Of a stretch of DNA of 64,000 nt, positions 20,610 through 30,990 are shown piece by piece. The notes beneath the pieces were generated by a model, which worked only from the letters and a program-made list of their open reading frames with translations, was not told the DNA's origin and ran no database searches. The stretch spans positions 1,600,001-1,664,000 of the forward strand of contig OY771506.1 in the NCBI GenBank assembly GCA_963674705.1. The letters are read 5' to 3'. This stretch comes from Phycisphaeraceae bacterium (lineage in GTDB: Bacteria > Planctomycetota > Phycisphaerae > Phycisphaerales > Phycisphaeraceae). A program made the translations under genes and the position numbers. Position 1 is the stretch's first letter. Each line of letters opens with the position of its first letter.

Positions 20610-20643
20610 ACGTAAAGTAAATTACATTTATTGATTAGATACG

Positions 20644-20678
20644 ACGGGTCCCGATCTGTGGGGCCCGTTGTTTTTTTG
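20644..20678 (+). terminator. Intrinsic terminator
   Basis: ACGGGTCCC / GGGGCCCGT stem plus T-tract. Confidence 0.75.
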
Positions 20679-20751
20679 AAACTTACGCATGCAATATGGT
20701 CAGGCACTATGATGTGAGTTGCTGATGCGCAAATACACAAAGGAACTTCAC

Positions 20752-21666
20752 ATGGCGGAGATCACTTCCACGCACGCCCGGTTTGCTTCGCAATTTGCTG
20801 TGTCACTTTGGCGCAGTGCTGTGCTGCTGCTGTGTGCTTTAGTTGTGCTATGTGCGAACGCGGTGGTATTGGGTGATGAACAAGCGGCAGATGGGGCCAG
20901 CGAGGAAAAATCCGCGCTCTGGATCATCGGCGATTCAACCGTCCGCAACGGCAGTAACGACGGCGTCGGCTGGGGCGAGGTGATCGGGGAGTACTTCGAT
21001 CAGGAAAAGATCACGATCCAGAACCGCGCGATCGGCGGACGCAGCAGCCGAACGTTCCGCACCGAGGGACGCTGGGAAAAGATATTAGAAGAGGCGAAGC
21101 CGGGCGATTACGTGTTGATGCAGTTCGGGCATAACGACCCGATCGCGCCGGATGATCCGAAGCGGCCGCGAGGCACGATCCGCGGGATCGGCGATGAAAC
21201 GGTTGAGATCACGCACCCACACACCGGCGAGCAGGAGATCGTCCACACGTTCGGTTGGTACATGCGGATGTACGTGCGCGAAGCCAAAGAAAAAGGCATG
21301 ATCCCGATCGTCTGTTCATACGTCCCGCGCGCGCCGAGGAAAGGTGAAACGCCGGACCCGACACTTCGCAGCTATGCGCTCTATGCTCAGCAGGTGGCGG
21401 AGCAGGAAGACGCAGCGTTCATCGACTTGTTCGGCCGGATCGCACGGGATTATGCAGAGATCGAAGCCAAGCAGCCGCACGCGGTGAAAGAAAACCTGTT
21501 CGTCGAAGGTGACCGTGATTACACGCACACGCGAAGCGCCGGCGCCGAGCGCAATGCTCAGCATGTAGCCAAGGGCATCGTGGATCTTGACGGTGAGGCC
21601 GGGGAATTGGCACGGTACCTGATCGGTGCGCCGGATCAAGAGCAAGTTCGCGGGGCGAACCGCTAA
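20752..21666 (+). CDS. SGNH hydrolase, rhamnogalacturonan acetylesterase-like (CE12)
   Basis: Signal peptide; IGDST, GWG, NRAIGGRSSRTF, QFGHND, DYTH. Confidence 0.88.
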   Translation: MAEITSTHARFASQFAVSLWRSAVLLLCALVVLCANAVVLGDEQAADGASEEKSALWIIGDSTVRNGSNDGVGWGEVIGEYFDQEKITIQNRAIGGRSSRTFRTEGRWEKILEEAKPGDYVLMQFGHNDPIAPDDPKRPRGTIRGIGDETVEITHPHTGEQEIVHTFGWYMRMYVREAKEKGMIPIVCSYVPRAPRKGETPDPTLRSYALYAQQVAEQEDAAFIDLFGRIARDYAEIEAKQPHAVKENLFVEGDRDYTHTRSAGAERNAQHVAKGIVDLDGEAGELARYLIGAPDQEQVRGANR

Positions 21667-21694
21667 GGCTGAGACTGCTGATTAATCAGTCGGC

Positions 21695-23464
21695 CTATTG
21701 CTGCTGGTCCTCTAGCTGTACAAGCACAAGCTCGTGGCGAGCGATTGATATCCGATCTGCACGATCGATCAACTGGATATCGATATCGTCACCTGCTTCA
21801 TTGAACAACATAGTGAATAAACCTTCGGGACGGCGAAGTTGCCGGATGCGCAGATTGGTGTGATGCCCTGCAATGATTGAATTGATGTGGCTCAAAGCTC
21901 GGATGGAGTCGATCAGCTTTGCAGTTGTATGAATAACACGGCCAGCTTGTTCAAAAGGTTTAAGTACTGCGCACAATTCATCGGTCAACAGCGTGTCATC
22001 TTCCACGATCAGTACACGATAATGCATCGGGCCGATAGCTATGTGGTTGCTGGTCACGATGGCGGTGCCGTCGAGCAGCAGACGGTTTTCCAGATAATTG
22101 AAGTCGACTTGGTGTTCGTACAGTTCTTTGACGGTGCGCCAGGGGCAGCGGTCGCTGGTGAGGATCGCGACGTCACAAACGTGTTCGCTGGTCGCGTTAA
22201 GGTGGCAGAGTTGCCTGCATTGATCGGCAAAGGGTTTGAATTCATTCCACCACGATGCATGCGGACCGACCTGTGGCGGGCGCTCGTCACGGCGCGGGCC
22301 GCGCGTGCTGTAATAGAAGGCGTGCGGGATCAGCATGTTGACCCCGCGCACAAGGCACCAGTACGCGAGCCATTTGAATTCGTCGAAAGTGGTTTCGTGG
22401 CCGTACGCGCCGCAGAATTCGTTGCTGTTTCGTTCACGGCTCAGGTGCAGCGCAGCGGAGCTGCTTGCTTTAGCTTGCGTGGATTCCGGGCCTACGATCG
22501 CGGTGGGCGTGTCGGGTTCGACCCATCGCCAGACCAGGTCCTGGCCCGGTGTCTGGAAGTATCGCAGGCTGCCGATCTCATCGCCCTCGGCCGGATGGCC
22601 GCATAGCGCAACTTTGTGCCGCCCGCACCACGCGCTTAACGGCGCGTACCATGTTTCTTCCAGACGCAACCGGATCGCTTGCATGTATTGAGCGCGATAT
22701 AGCTCAGCATCTGGAAAGTCATCGAACCATAAGGCCAGCAAGTACGGTGCGAAGTCTTTGCCGAGCAGGCGGTTGATGTGCGAGAGGATATTGGTTGTGC
22801 CGGGCCAGGTGTTTTGCTCACGGCATCGGCCGAGAGGATTAGGTTCATCGGTGAAAATGCCCTGGATCGTATTGCCGAAGTGCTGTCCGAATTCGCTGTA
22901 ATAACGGCCATAAACAAGATTGATGAAAGATGCAACCGCGTCGGGGTTGAGGATATCCGCCATCGCCGGCTCATCTTCAGCCGGCCCGTCGTTGATGTAA
23001 TGCAACCCGCGGATCACGCTGTCAACCCGACGGTCGACGATGCGGATGTGTCGGTTGTTGATTGTTTTATCGAGTAGCACGTTGTGATCATCGGGCAATG
23101 ATGTATCAGCATCATCCATCGCCAGGCAACGGCAAGCATGACTCGGATCGGCCGCGACAACCTGCCCGCTAGCCGAACCGCTTGGGTACATCCCCTCATC
23201 GTAGAGCAGCACGGTCATGTCGCGCTTGTACGCTTCTTCGATTACAAGATGCATAAAGCCCAGCAAGCGCTCGCTCATCCAGCCGCAATCGCGCGGCAGG
23301 CCCACACGTGGATGGATCACAGAGCCGTACACGCCGTGGCTTTCAAACTCATCGATCTGTCGGAGCAATTCGTCCGCTTCCAGCCGATCGTTCCAGAACC
23401 AGAACGGCATGAGCGTATATCGACGTGGCGCGTCGGGCAGAGATAGATGATCTACGACTCTCAT
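21695..23464 (-). CDS. Glycoside hydrolase, GH106-like (alpha-L-rhamnosidase-related)
   Basis: PFWFWND, HPRVG, LYDEGMYPSG, IFTDEP, GVNMLIPHAFYY. Confidence 0.65.
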   Translation of the reverse strand: MRVVDHLSLPDAPRRYTLMPFWFWNDRLEADELLRQIDEFESHGVYGSVIHPRVGLPRDCGWMSERLLGFMHLVIEEAYKRDMTVLLYDEGMYPSGSASGQVVAADPSHACRCLAMDDADTSLPDDHNVLLDKTINNRHIRIVDRRVDSVIRGLHYINDGPAEDEPAMADILNPDAVASFINLVYGRYYSEFGQHFGNTIQGIFTDEPNPLGRCREQNTWPGTTNILSHINRLLGKDFAPYLLALWFDDFPDAELYRAQYMQAIRLRLEETWYAPLSAWCGRHKVALCGHPAEGDEIGSLRYFQTPGQDLVWRWVEPDTPTAIVGPESTQAKASSSAALHLSRERNSNEFCGAYGHETTFDEFKWLAYWCLVRGVNMLIPHAFYYSTRGPRRDERPPQVGPHASWWNEFKPFADQCRQLCHLNATSEHVCDVAILTSDRCPWRTVKELYEHQVDFNYLENRLLLDGTAIVTSNHIAIGPMHYRVLIVEDDTLLTDELCAVLKPFEQAGRVIHTTAKLIDSIRALSHINSIIAGHHTNLRIRQLRRPEGLFTMLFNEAGDDIDIQLIDRADRISIARHELVLVQLEDQQQ

Positions 23465-23528
23465 GTTGATTAACAGCGGCGCTGGTGTTGTATCGGTTAA
23501 GATATGTCAGCCATAAGGGGACCTTTCC

Positions 23529-25007
23529 ATGCAATTGTATCGCACCATCAAGTCAATGACAGCCCGGGCGATCATGGTTCTGACCATGGCGGCCATGCAG
23601 CTTGGCGCATCAGGGCAAACGCCATCGACGCCCGCTGACCGCGTGATCGAAATAGGTTCGCGTTTGCAGCTATTCCTTGACGATCACCTGATCGATTCAT
23701 TCGATGGTGCACGGCTACGTATGCACGCACCGATCGCGAGGGAGGCAGTGTTTGAATTTGACCAGCCATGGGAAGGCGGGCAGAGCGCATATGTGACTGT
23801 GCTCGAAGATGGCGGCAGATTCCGGCTGTATTACCGGGGCGGCGGTGAACTGACACAAGAGGTGACATGTTTGGCTGAGAGCGCGGACGGCATCCACTGG
23901 GAGCGCCCGACGTTTGGGTTGTTCGAGTTCGACGGCTCGAAGGACAATAACATCATCTGGCGCAGCAAGCGCAAAGCCTACGGTGCCTGTCACAACTTCA
24001 CGCCGTTCATTGATACCAACCCGGATGCGCTGCCCGAGCAGCGATACAAGGCGATCGCGATCGAGAAGTTCCCCGATGGCAGCGGCGATGTCAGCAAGAT
24101 GTTGATCGCATTGGCTTCGTCTGACGGTATTCACTGGCATTGGATGCATGACGGGCCGATCATCCGCAAAGGCGGTTTTGATTCGCAGAATGTCGCGTTC
24201 TGGGATTCGATATACCAGGAGTACGTCTGCTATTCACGCATCGGCGTGCAAGGCGTGCGCAGCGTGCAACGCCATACCTCCAAAGACTTCATCCACTGGA
24301 CCGGCGGCGAACCGCTTGACTTCGGCGACAGCGAGCTTGAACAGTTCTACACCAACGCGATCAAGCCTTACTTCCGCAACCCTCGACTATACATCGGCCT
24401 GCCGATGCGATTCGTACCGCAACGCAAAACCATTGGCGAAGAACGTCACGCAATCGATGGCGTATCCGATGCCGTACTGATCAGCAGCCGTGACGGACTG
24501 CACTTCGACCGCACCTTCCGCGAAGCGTTCATCCGCCCCGGGCTCGATCCGATGAACTGGGGCAACGCCCACGGCAACAACACCCCGGCATGGGGCATCA
24601 TCCAAACCTCCGAAACCGAGTTATCCATCTACTGGGCGCAGCGCTACGGCGACGTACCCGTCTTGCGACGAGGATCCCTGCGTATCGATGGCTTCGCTTC
24701 GCTCTACGCACCGGACGCCGGCGGCGAAGCAGTCACCCTGCCGTTGCAGATCACCGGCAATAAACTCGTGATCAACTTCGCAACGTCAGCCGTCGGCAGC
24801 GTGCGTGTAGAGCTTCAGGATGCTGCGGGCAATCCGCTGCCCGGCTACACGCTTGAGGATAGCGAAGAAGTTTTCGGGGACGCGATCGAACGCACACTCT
24901 CCTGGCAAAGCCGGACCGACCTGACGGAGCTTGGAGACAGGCCGATCCGTTTGCGGTTTGTATTGCGTGATGCAGATGTTTATACGTTTGGTTTCAAGTC
25001 GCAGTAG
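23529..25007 (+). CDS. Secreted five-bladed beta-propeller glycoside-hydrolase-like protein
   Basis: Signal peptide; LFLDDHLI, three SxDG(I/L)H(W/F) Asp-box-like motifs, FDSQN, LRIDGFAS. Confidence 0.65.
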   Translation: MQLYRTIKSMTARAIMVLTMAAMQLGASGQTPSTPADRVIEIGSRLQLFLDDHLIDSFDGARLRMHAPIAREAVFEFDQPWEGGQSAYVTVLEDGGRFRLYYRGGGELTQEVTCLAESADGIHWERPTFGLFEFDGSKDNNIIWRSKRKAYGACHNFTPFIDTNPDALPEQRYKAIAIEKFPDGSGDVSKMLIALASSDGIHWHWMHDGPIIRKGGFDSQNVAFWDSIYQEYVCYSRIGVQGVRSVQRHTSKDFIHWTGGEPLDFGDSELEQFYTNAIKPYFRNPRLYIGLPMRFVPQRKTIGEERHAIDGVSDAVLISSRDGLHFDRTFREAFIRPGLDPMNWGNAHGNNTPAWGIIQTSETELSIYWAQRYGDVPVLRRGSLRIDGFASLYAPDAGGEAVTLPLQITGNKLVINFATSAVGSVRVELQDAAGNPLPGYTLEDSEEVFGDAIERTLSWQSRTDLTELGDRPIRLRFVLRDADVYTFGFKSQ

Positions 25008-25018
25008 CTTGATACGGT

Positions 25019-26416
25019 TCAAGTTCGCCGCGTGATTGCCAATGCGCAACCCGCCTCGAAAAGCAACAGGCTTGCCGGTTCAGGCACGGCATCGCTCGAA
25101 GTCGGCGGTGTTCCGGTGTTCCATTGCGAGAGCACAACATCGAGGTCCGACAACCCGACAAAACCTTCGCCCGTGATGTCGGCACTTGGATCGGCATCGG
25201 GCACAGCCATGTTCCAGTTGTTGAGGATGACATCGAGATCCGTCAGGCCGACGAAGCCGTCCTGATTGATGTCACCGGTGAGTGTGGGTGTGGTTCGCGT
25301 CATGGATAGCGGGACGGGCGCTTCGCTTGGCGAAAGCAGGAACAAGTGTGACCCATAAGTGTCGGTGCCGTCGAGCCGACCGGTGGCGATGATCTCGCCC
25401 TGCTCGGTGATTGCCAACGCGTTTTCGAGGATGTAGTCACCGTCGATCAGTTCGTTAAGGTCGGTAACGGACCATGCGCCTGCGTCGTATTGCCAGATCG
25501 CGGCGAAGTGTTCCCAGCTCTGATCGTTACGCCACGTGTTGCCGACCGCCCACAGCGCGTTATTCACATCATTCACTGTTCCTTCATCAACGCTGTTTTG
25601 TGTCGGCAGGCCGAGGTCGGTGATGGTTGTGCCATCGATGCTGGCAAAGGGGTGTCTGCGGTAGAGGGTAGAGACGCCGTTGTAGTTCACGGTCGTGCTG
25701 TTGCCGACGATCGTGCCGTTGCCGTTGATGGCGTTGGCTTGTGTTGTGCTGGCGAACGTGTCGAGTGTTTCGTATGCACCGTTCGGGTAATAAACGAATG
25801 CACGGGTGCCCGTTCCAGTATCCGCCCAGCCGACAACCATCCCCGCATCGTTGACCGCGTTTGCGCCTGCTTTGGAGGCGATCGGTGTCAGGTCGGTTTT
25901 TGAATCCGTTGTGCTGTCATACGAGATCGCATGTGAGGTATAGCCGTAGGAAGATTCGCCATTACCCGTGAGTGTGGAGTCGCCGACCGCGATGCCGTTG
26001 TTATTGATGTCGTTGGCGTGCGTGAAGGAGACGCGGCCGTTCTGGAAGTGATAATCCGTGCCGTCCCAGTAAAGGTATTGCCAGTAGTAGGTGCCGTAGG
26101 GATTGATGTTTTCAATCGTAGGCGTGTCGGTGACGACGGCCGACAACGGGCCGTAGGTTGACGAGCGCTCACCGACGGTTTGGCCGTTGGTGTTATGGGC
26201 TTGTGCTACGTACCCCGTGGGCGCACCTGCCGGCGCATAAGGGACCCATCTTTGGAAGTGTGGCAACGTATCGAGTTGTGTCTGATTCCAGCCGGTGATA
26301 TCGGTCAGCGAGAAGGTCAGTTCGGCGTTCGCCACGGTGCCGGTAAACAGCAAGGCACTCGCGGACAGAAGTATCGCCCAACAGCGATAGCCGGCAGAGT
26401 CAGCAATAGAACTCAT
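25019..26416 (-). CDS. PEP-CTERM protein with HAF-like extracellular repeats and dockerin-like tag
   Basis: Signal peptide; ANDINNNG, ANAVNDAG, ANAINGNG repeats; GDINQDGFVGLTDL and ADITGEGFVGLSDL; VPEPASLLL...RRT; ATG at 26416 with GGAG. Confidence 0.8.
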   Translation of the reverse strand: MSSIADSAGYRCWAILLSASALLFTGTVANAELTFSLTDITGWNQTQLDTLPHFQRWVPYAPAGAPTGYVAQAHNTNGQTVGERSSTYGPLSAVVTDTPTIENINPYGTYYWQYLYWDGTDYHFQNGRVSFTHANDINNNGIAVGDSTLTGNGESSYGYTSHAISYDSTTDSKTDLTPIASKAGANAVNDAGMVVGWADTGTGTRAFVYYPNGAYETLDTFASTTQANAINGNGTIVGNSTTVNYNGVSTLYRRHPFASIDGTTITDLGLPTQNSVDEGTVNDVNNALWAVGNTWRNDQSWEHFAAIWQYDAGAWSVTDLNELIDGDYILENALAITEQGEIIATGRLDGTDTYGSHLFLLSPSEAPVPLSMTRTTPTLTGDINQDGFVGLTDLDVILNNWNMAVPDADPSADITGEGFVGLSDLDVVLSQWNTGTPPTSSDAVPEPASLLLFEAGCALAITRRT

Positions 26417-26849
26417 AGGAATCTCCAAGGATTGAATTGGCCGCCCACGAGCCGAAGCATCGACTCACATACTGCGGGCATTATACGGAGGCAGATGCAT
26501 GAATAGGCACAGAACCAGCATGAATACCTGAATTTTAAAATATGTGATTGTGATACAGTCTCAAATATGCGAGGTTTATTTTGGCCTGCTATTCGGTGTG
26601 ATCGCTCCATTTATCACGCGTGACTCTCCACCTGGTCCAACTTGGTGAATAAAGTGATGACGATGCTTACATACCCTTTTCACTTTATCTGGCCACCGGT
26701 TGTTCTCTTAGTATCGCCGCATTAACCGACTTGATATGCCTTAATCAGCATGTGACGGGGTATTACACGCCTTGCCGGACCGCTGCTCTGAGGCCGTTTT
26801 AATAAGACTCTTCGGTACGCTATCATGCTTCGAACAGGAGACTTTCAGC

Positions 26850-28019
26850 ATGAGTAACACCGCTCCCACCGTTAAACTGGCGATTGTCGGCATGGGCTCG
26901 ATCGCCCAGATGCATATCGAGCACGCCAAACAGATCGAAGGCGTGGATATCACCGCCGTATGCGATATCGACCCGAAGGCGCTGCAGCGTGCGGTTGAAA
27001 AATGTGATTGCAAAGGGTTTGCCACGCATCAAGAACTGCTTGAAGCCGATGTGTGCGATGCGGTGCTGATCTGCACCCCCCACTACGACCACACCACGAT
27101 CGGCATCGCGGCCCTCAATGCGGGCAAGCACGTGCTGGTCGAAAAACCGATCTCCGTGCACAAGGCCGACTGCGAAAAACTGATCGCGGCCTACAAAGAT
27201 AAGAGCCTCGTCTTTGCCGCGATGTTCAATCAACGTACCGACCCGAGCTACAAGAAACTCAAAGCGATGCTGGGCAACGGCGAACTCGGCGACATCGTAC
27301 GCGTCAGTTGGATCATCACCGACTGGGTGCGCACCGAGAAGTATTATCGCGGTGGCGGGTGGCGTGCGACCTGGGCCGGCGAGGGCGGCGGCGTGCTGCT
27401 GAACCAGTGCCCGCATCAATTGGATCTGATGCAGTGGCTGTTCGGCATGCCCATGAAAGTGGCGGGGTTCTGCGGCCTGGGTAAACGACATGACATCGAG
27501 GTCGAGGACCAGGTCACCGCATACCTTGAATACGACAACGGGGCAACCGGCACATTTATCACCGCCACCGGTGAAGCACCGGGCACGAACCGCCTGGAAG
27601 TCGCGGCCGAGCGAGGCAGGGTCGTGATTGAAGACGGCACATTCAAGTTCACTCGCAACGAAGTGCCGGCCGACGACTACCTGAAAACCAGCGAAAACGC
27701 GTTCGGCGGGCCCGAGGTCTGGCACGTCGATATCCCGATTAAAGGCAAGGGCGGGCAGCACAAGGAAGTCCTGGCGAACTTCATCGATGCGATCCGCAAC
27801 GGCGCGGAACTGATCGCACCGGCGACGGAAGGGATACACTCGGTCGAACTGGGGAACGCGATGCTGTATTCGTCGATCACGGGTAAACCCGTCGGCATGC
27901 CGTTGGATGGTGTGGCTTACGAAGGGCAGCTCAAGAAGCTGATCGAGGAATCGACGCACGTGAAGAAGGTCGATGATGATAGTCAGCCTCGCGATATGAG
28001 TAGTAGTTTTGGAAATTAG
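26850..28019 (+). CDS. Gfo/Idh/MocA NAD(P)-dependent oxidoreductase
   Basis: GMGSIA Rossmann motif, KHVLVEKP, WRATWAGEGGGVLLNQCPHQLD; AGGAG ribosome-binding site before ATG at 26850. Confidence 0.9.
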   Translation: MSNTAPTVKLAIVGMGSIAQMHIEHAKQIEGVDITAVCDIDPKALQRAVEKCDCKGFATHQELLEADVCDAVLICTPHYDHTTIGIAALNAGKHVLVEKPISVHKADCEKLIAAYKDKSLVFAAMFNQRTDPSYKKLKAMLGNGELGDIVRVSWIITDWVRTEKYYRGGGWRATWAGEGGGVLLNQCPHQLDLMQWLFGMPMKVAGFCGLGKRHDIEVEDQVTAYLEYDNGATGTFITATGEAPGTNRLEVAAERGRVVIEDGTFKFTRNEVPADDYLKTSENAFGGPEVWHVDIPIKGKGGQHKEVLANFIDAIRNGAELIAPATEGIHSVELGNAMLYSSITGKPVGMPLDGVAYEGQLKKLIEESTHVKKVDDDSQPRDMSSSFGN

Positions 28020-28039
28020 TATCCAAACATAAAGCAGCA

Positions 28040-28153
28040 GCCACAAAAAGGCACAGAAAACACAAAATAGAAGTTCAGATGTGTGGGATAGCGCGCAAAT
28101 CATTTTTGCTGACATTACCCATCTATTTTGTGTCTTTTGTGCGTTTTCGTGGC
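28040..28153. repeat. Miniature inverted-repeat element, family B
   Basis: GCCACAAAAAGGCACAGAAAACACAAAATAG ... CTATTTTGTGTCTTTTGTGCGTTTTCGTGGC, imperfect inverted arms. Confidence 0.75.
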
Positions 28154-28202
28154 AAAACAAATCGCTAAGCCGCAAGCGGCTTATTTGAAGGAAGGTTTTA
28201 TC

Positions 28203-29066
28203 ATGGCGTGGACATTGAGTTCGTTTGCGGATGAAGCGGGGCCGACGACCGCCGAACAGATCGCGGCCAGTATGGCTGGGGGCTTGAAGTACATCGACCC
28301 ACGCAACCTCGACGGGTACAACATCACCGAACTGCCGTTGGATAAGGCAGAAGAAGTTGCCAAGCAATACGAGGCGGTCGGCATCAAGGTCGGGATGTAT
28401 GGTTCACCGATCGGCAAGATCGATATCGCCGACGACATGAAGTCCGATCTCGATAAGCTCGAACACCTTGGCAAGCTGAAGCAGATCTTCGGCGGCACGG
28501 ACGTGCGCATCTTCAGCTACTACAACAAAGCCGGCGTCGACAAGGCCAAGTGGCGGCAGGAGAGCCTCGATCGTCTCAAACGTCTGCGCGACCTTGCGGG
28601 CAAACTCGGGCTTGTCTTGTATCACGAAAACGAAAGTGAAATCTTCGGCGATCATCCGGAAGACGTCGCGGCCATCGCCGAACTGCGCGACGGCGAAACC
28701 TTCAAGCTGATCTACGATTTTGCCAACTACGTACGCACCACCGCTTCGCCTAGCGAGTGCTGGTCGATCTGCAAGAACATCACCGACAGCTTCCACCTCA
28801 AAGATCAACGCAAGGACGGCCAGCATGTCCCGATGGGCGGCGGTGACACCGATTCCGAAGCAATCCTCCAGGACGCGCTAGACTCCGGCTGGTCCGGCCC
28901 CTGTATTATCGAACCACACCTGACCCACTCCGACGCGGTGCTCGCAACCAACGTGCACGGCAGCGGCGACATGTCATTAGCCGACCTCGCACCGTCCGAA
29001 TCCTTCGCGATTGCGGTCGAAGCATCGAAAGCGCTGTTGGCGAAGATCGGTGTGGAATTGGCGTGA
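28203..29066 (+). CDS. Sugar phosphate isomerase/epimerase (xylose-isomerase-like TIM barrel)
   Basis: LSSFADE, GSPIGK, VRIFS, YHENE, YDFAN, FHLKD, IEPHL metal-binding pattern. Confidence 0.85.
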   Translation: MAWTLSSFADEAGPTTAEQIAASMAGGLKYIDPRNLDGYNITELPLDKAEEVAKQYEAVGIKVGMYGSPIGKIDIADDMKSDLDKLEHLGKLKQIFGGTDVRIFSYYNKAGVDKAKWRQESLDRLKRLRDLAGKLGLVLYHENESEIFGDHPEDVAAIAELRDGETFKLIYDFANYVRTTASPSECWSICKNITDSFHLKDQRKDGQHVPMGGGDTDSEAILQDALDSGWSGPCIIEPHLTHSDAVLATNVHGSGDMSLADLAPSESFAIAVEASKALLAKIGVELA

Positions 29067-29109
29067 TTGCATATCACATAAACTCAGTTTCATAGACCAA
29101 GTAACCAAT

Positions 29110-29141
29110 AGCCCCTTGCGGAAGCAAGGGGTTTTTCTTTT
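29110..29141 (+). terminator. Intrinsic terminator
   Basis: GCCCCTTGC-GGAA-GCAAGGGGT plus T-tract. Confidence 0.8.
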
Positions 29142-29170
29142 GGCGCAGATAAAGAGGTTATTCCTCTTAT

Positions 29171-29328
29171 CCCCTCTCCCCTCGGGAGAGGGTTAGGGTG
29201 AGGGCCGGATTGATTGCGTGTGAAGATTGTCGTGAATGCTTAAGTAACTAATCAAGATCACGTATTTAACATCGTACGGCTATCACACAACGGCCCTCAC
29301 CCCGGCCCTCTCCCAAGGCGAGAGGGGG
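29171..29328. repeat. REP family A inverted doublet (REPIN-like)
   Basis: CCCCTCTCCCCTCGGGAGAGGGTTAGGGTGAGGGCC (29171-29206) and inverted copy (29292-29328) around an AT-richer spacer. Confidence 0.8.
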
Positions 29329-29354
29329 TGAACACATCTGAAGGCTTTTTACCC

Positions 29355-30761
29355 TCAATCAAAATCCGCGTCTTTGCTTGCATCACCCACCGTGTGCATG
29401 AGCCGCCAGAAGCCAATCGTTGCGATGATGGCGAGCGCGGTGGTGACGAGGAAGACGTGGATGCCGATGCCGTTGAAGGTGGGCAAGGTAAGACCGGGGA
29501 TCGCGTCGGACTTCCAGCCATAGAGCAATACCATCGCCATGTATGGCGCGATAAATCCACGGACGCCGGTCAGTGTGACGTGGATACCCATGTAAAGCGG
29601 GACCATACGCCGGTCGGCAAAGTCGTTATGGCCAAGGTTCCAGGCGAGCATCCCCCCGCCGCGCGAGGTGCCTTCGATAAATCGGGGCAGTGCCAGTAGC
29701 ACAATAGATCCGGTCAAGCCGGCCAGCCATGTGCCGAGTTGTATCGTGATCCAGAAGAAACCCTGCCTTGTGCGGAAGCGTGAAATGTGCACGCGGTCCA
29801 GGTAGCGAGCCCAGTAAGGTACGGCCAGCATCGCCATCGTCATCGGGATCGTCGTAGTGACGAGGATGCTGATCGCGTACTCGTATGTTTTGCCATCGGT
29901 CAATTCGATGATGATGCGGATGAAGGCGAAGTTACCGAGCATGTTGGCCATCCCGCCGAAGAACATCCAGACCATGTACCAGCGGTAGTTGTGGTCTTCG
30001 CGCAGGATGGTCCAGACGGTGTGGCGTTTGGCGGTCCTGCCGTCGGGCTCGAACGCGTAGATGTGGCCCGGGTCGCCGTGCGGTTGTGGTTTGGCGGTGG
30101 GTTGCAGTTCATATTCGATCAGGTGTTTTTCACCACGCAGGCGGATGCGGGAATACGAGAACACACCGATCGCAGCGACCAACGCAATCACACGGTACAC
30201 CCATCGAAAACTTTCAGGAGCCAGATCCTGGATGAAGAAGCCGATCAACGGGCCTGCCGCCATGATCAGGCTGGCGAGGATGGTGAACCTGCCGGTGATC
30301 TGGGCGCGGGACGCCTGCGGGTAGTTCTGTCGCCAGACGACGCTGCGGAGCGTGACCATCCCGGCGAGGATGCAGCGAGCGATGATGACGCAGATCACCA
30401 GCATAATCGGCCCGGGCCCGACCGTCGGCAGGAACGAAATCACCAGCAGCATCAACAGGACCAGCGCCTGCAACGTCGAGATAAACGGCACCTTCTGCCG
30501 GCCGCGTGCGAGCATCGCCCACATGAAGCTGGTCAGGTTCGCGAAGATCGGCGCAGCCATGATCGTCGCCAGCTCCAACTCGTTGACGTTGAAGGTTTTT
30601 TTGGCCAGGACACCGATCACACCCGCTTCGAGGATCGCCGGCGCCAGCGGGAAGGTCGACGCGGTCAGCAATTCATGCTTATAGCTCTGCCTGGCCATCA
30701 AGGGCTGTCGGCTGGTCAGGAAGTTTTTCGGTGAAGGCCATGGCATGGATACGCCCATCAT
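29355..30761 (-). CDS. MFS-type transporter
   Basis: About 12 hydrophobic segments in two halves separated by a hydrophilic loop; WRQNYP..RAQITG; YMGIHVTLTGVRG. Confidence 0.7.
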   Translation of the reverse strand: MMGVSMPWPSPKNFLTSRQPLMARQSYKHELLTASTFPLAPAILEAGVIGVLAKKTFNVNELELATIMAAPIFANLTSFMWAMLARGRQKVPFISTLQALVLLMLLVISFLPTVGPGPIMLVICVIIARCILAGMVTLRSVVWRQNYPQASRAQITGRFTILASLIMAAGPLIGFFIQDLAPESFRWVYRVIALVAAIGVFSYSRIRLRGEKHLIEYELQPTAKPQPHGDPGHIYAFEPDGRTAKRHTVWTILREDHNYRWYMVWMFFGGMANMLGNFAFIRIIIELTDGKTYEYAISILVTTTIPMTMAMLAVPYWARYLDRVHISRFRTRQGFFWITIQLGTWLAGLTGSIVLLALPRFIEGTSRGGGMLAWNLGHNDFADRRMVPLYMGIHVTLTGVRGFIAPYMAMVLLYGWKSDAIPGLTLPTFNGIGIHVFLVTTALAIIATIGFWRLMHTVGDASKDADFD

Positions 30762-30990
30762 GGCGAGTCTTGGCGAGTCTGTCGAGTGCGGGAATGGACA
30801 GAAGTTAGCCGAAACTGTCGAGCCGGTACGGCAAGAGCCTCCACAGAGGGCGCAATCAAGACCGTTCAGTGCTGATTTTCGTCAGCGCCAATAGCGGTTA
30901 AGGCCTTGAGTGTGTGTGTCATCGGTCAAACAACTGCGTGCGAATGATTCACCTTCGTGTATCCGCGTTAGAGTTCCCCCGCTATCGTGC

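Noticed and set aside
26823..28367. Long antisense ORFs (514 aa here; also 32937-34736, 29787-30734, 51846-52871 and others)
   Set aside because: Shadow frames opposite well-supported genes, expected from high-GC codon bias; no motifs.
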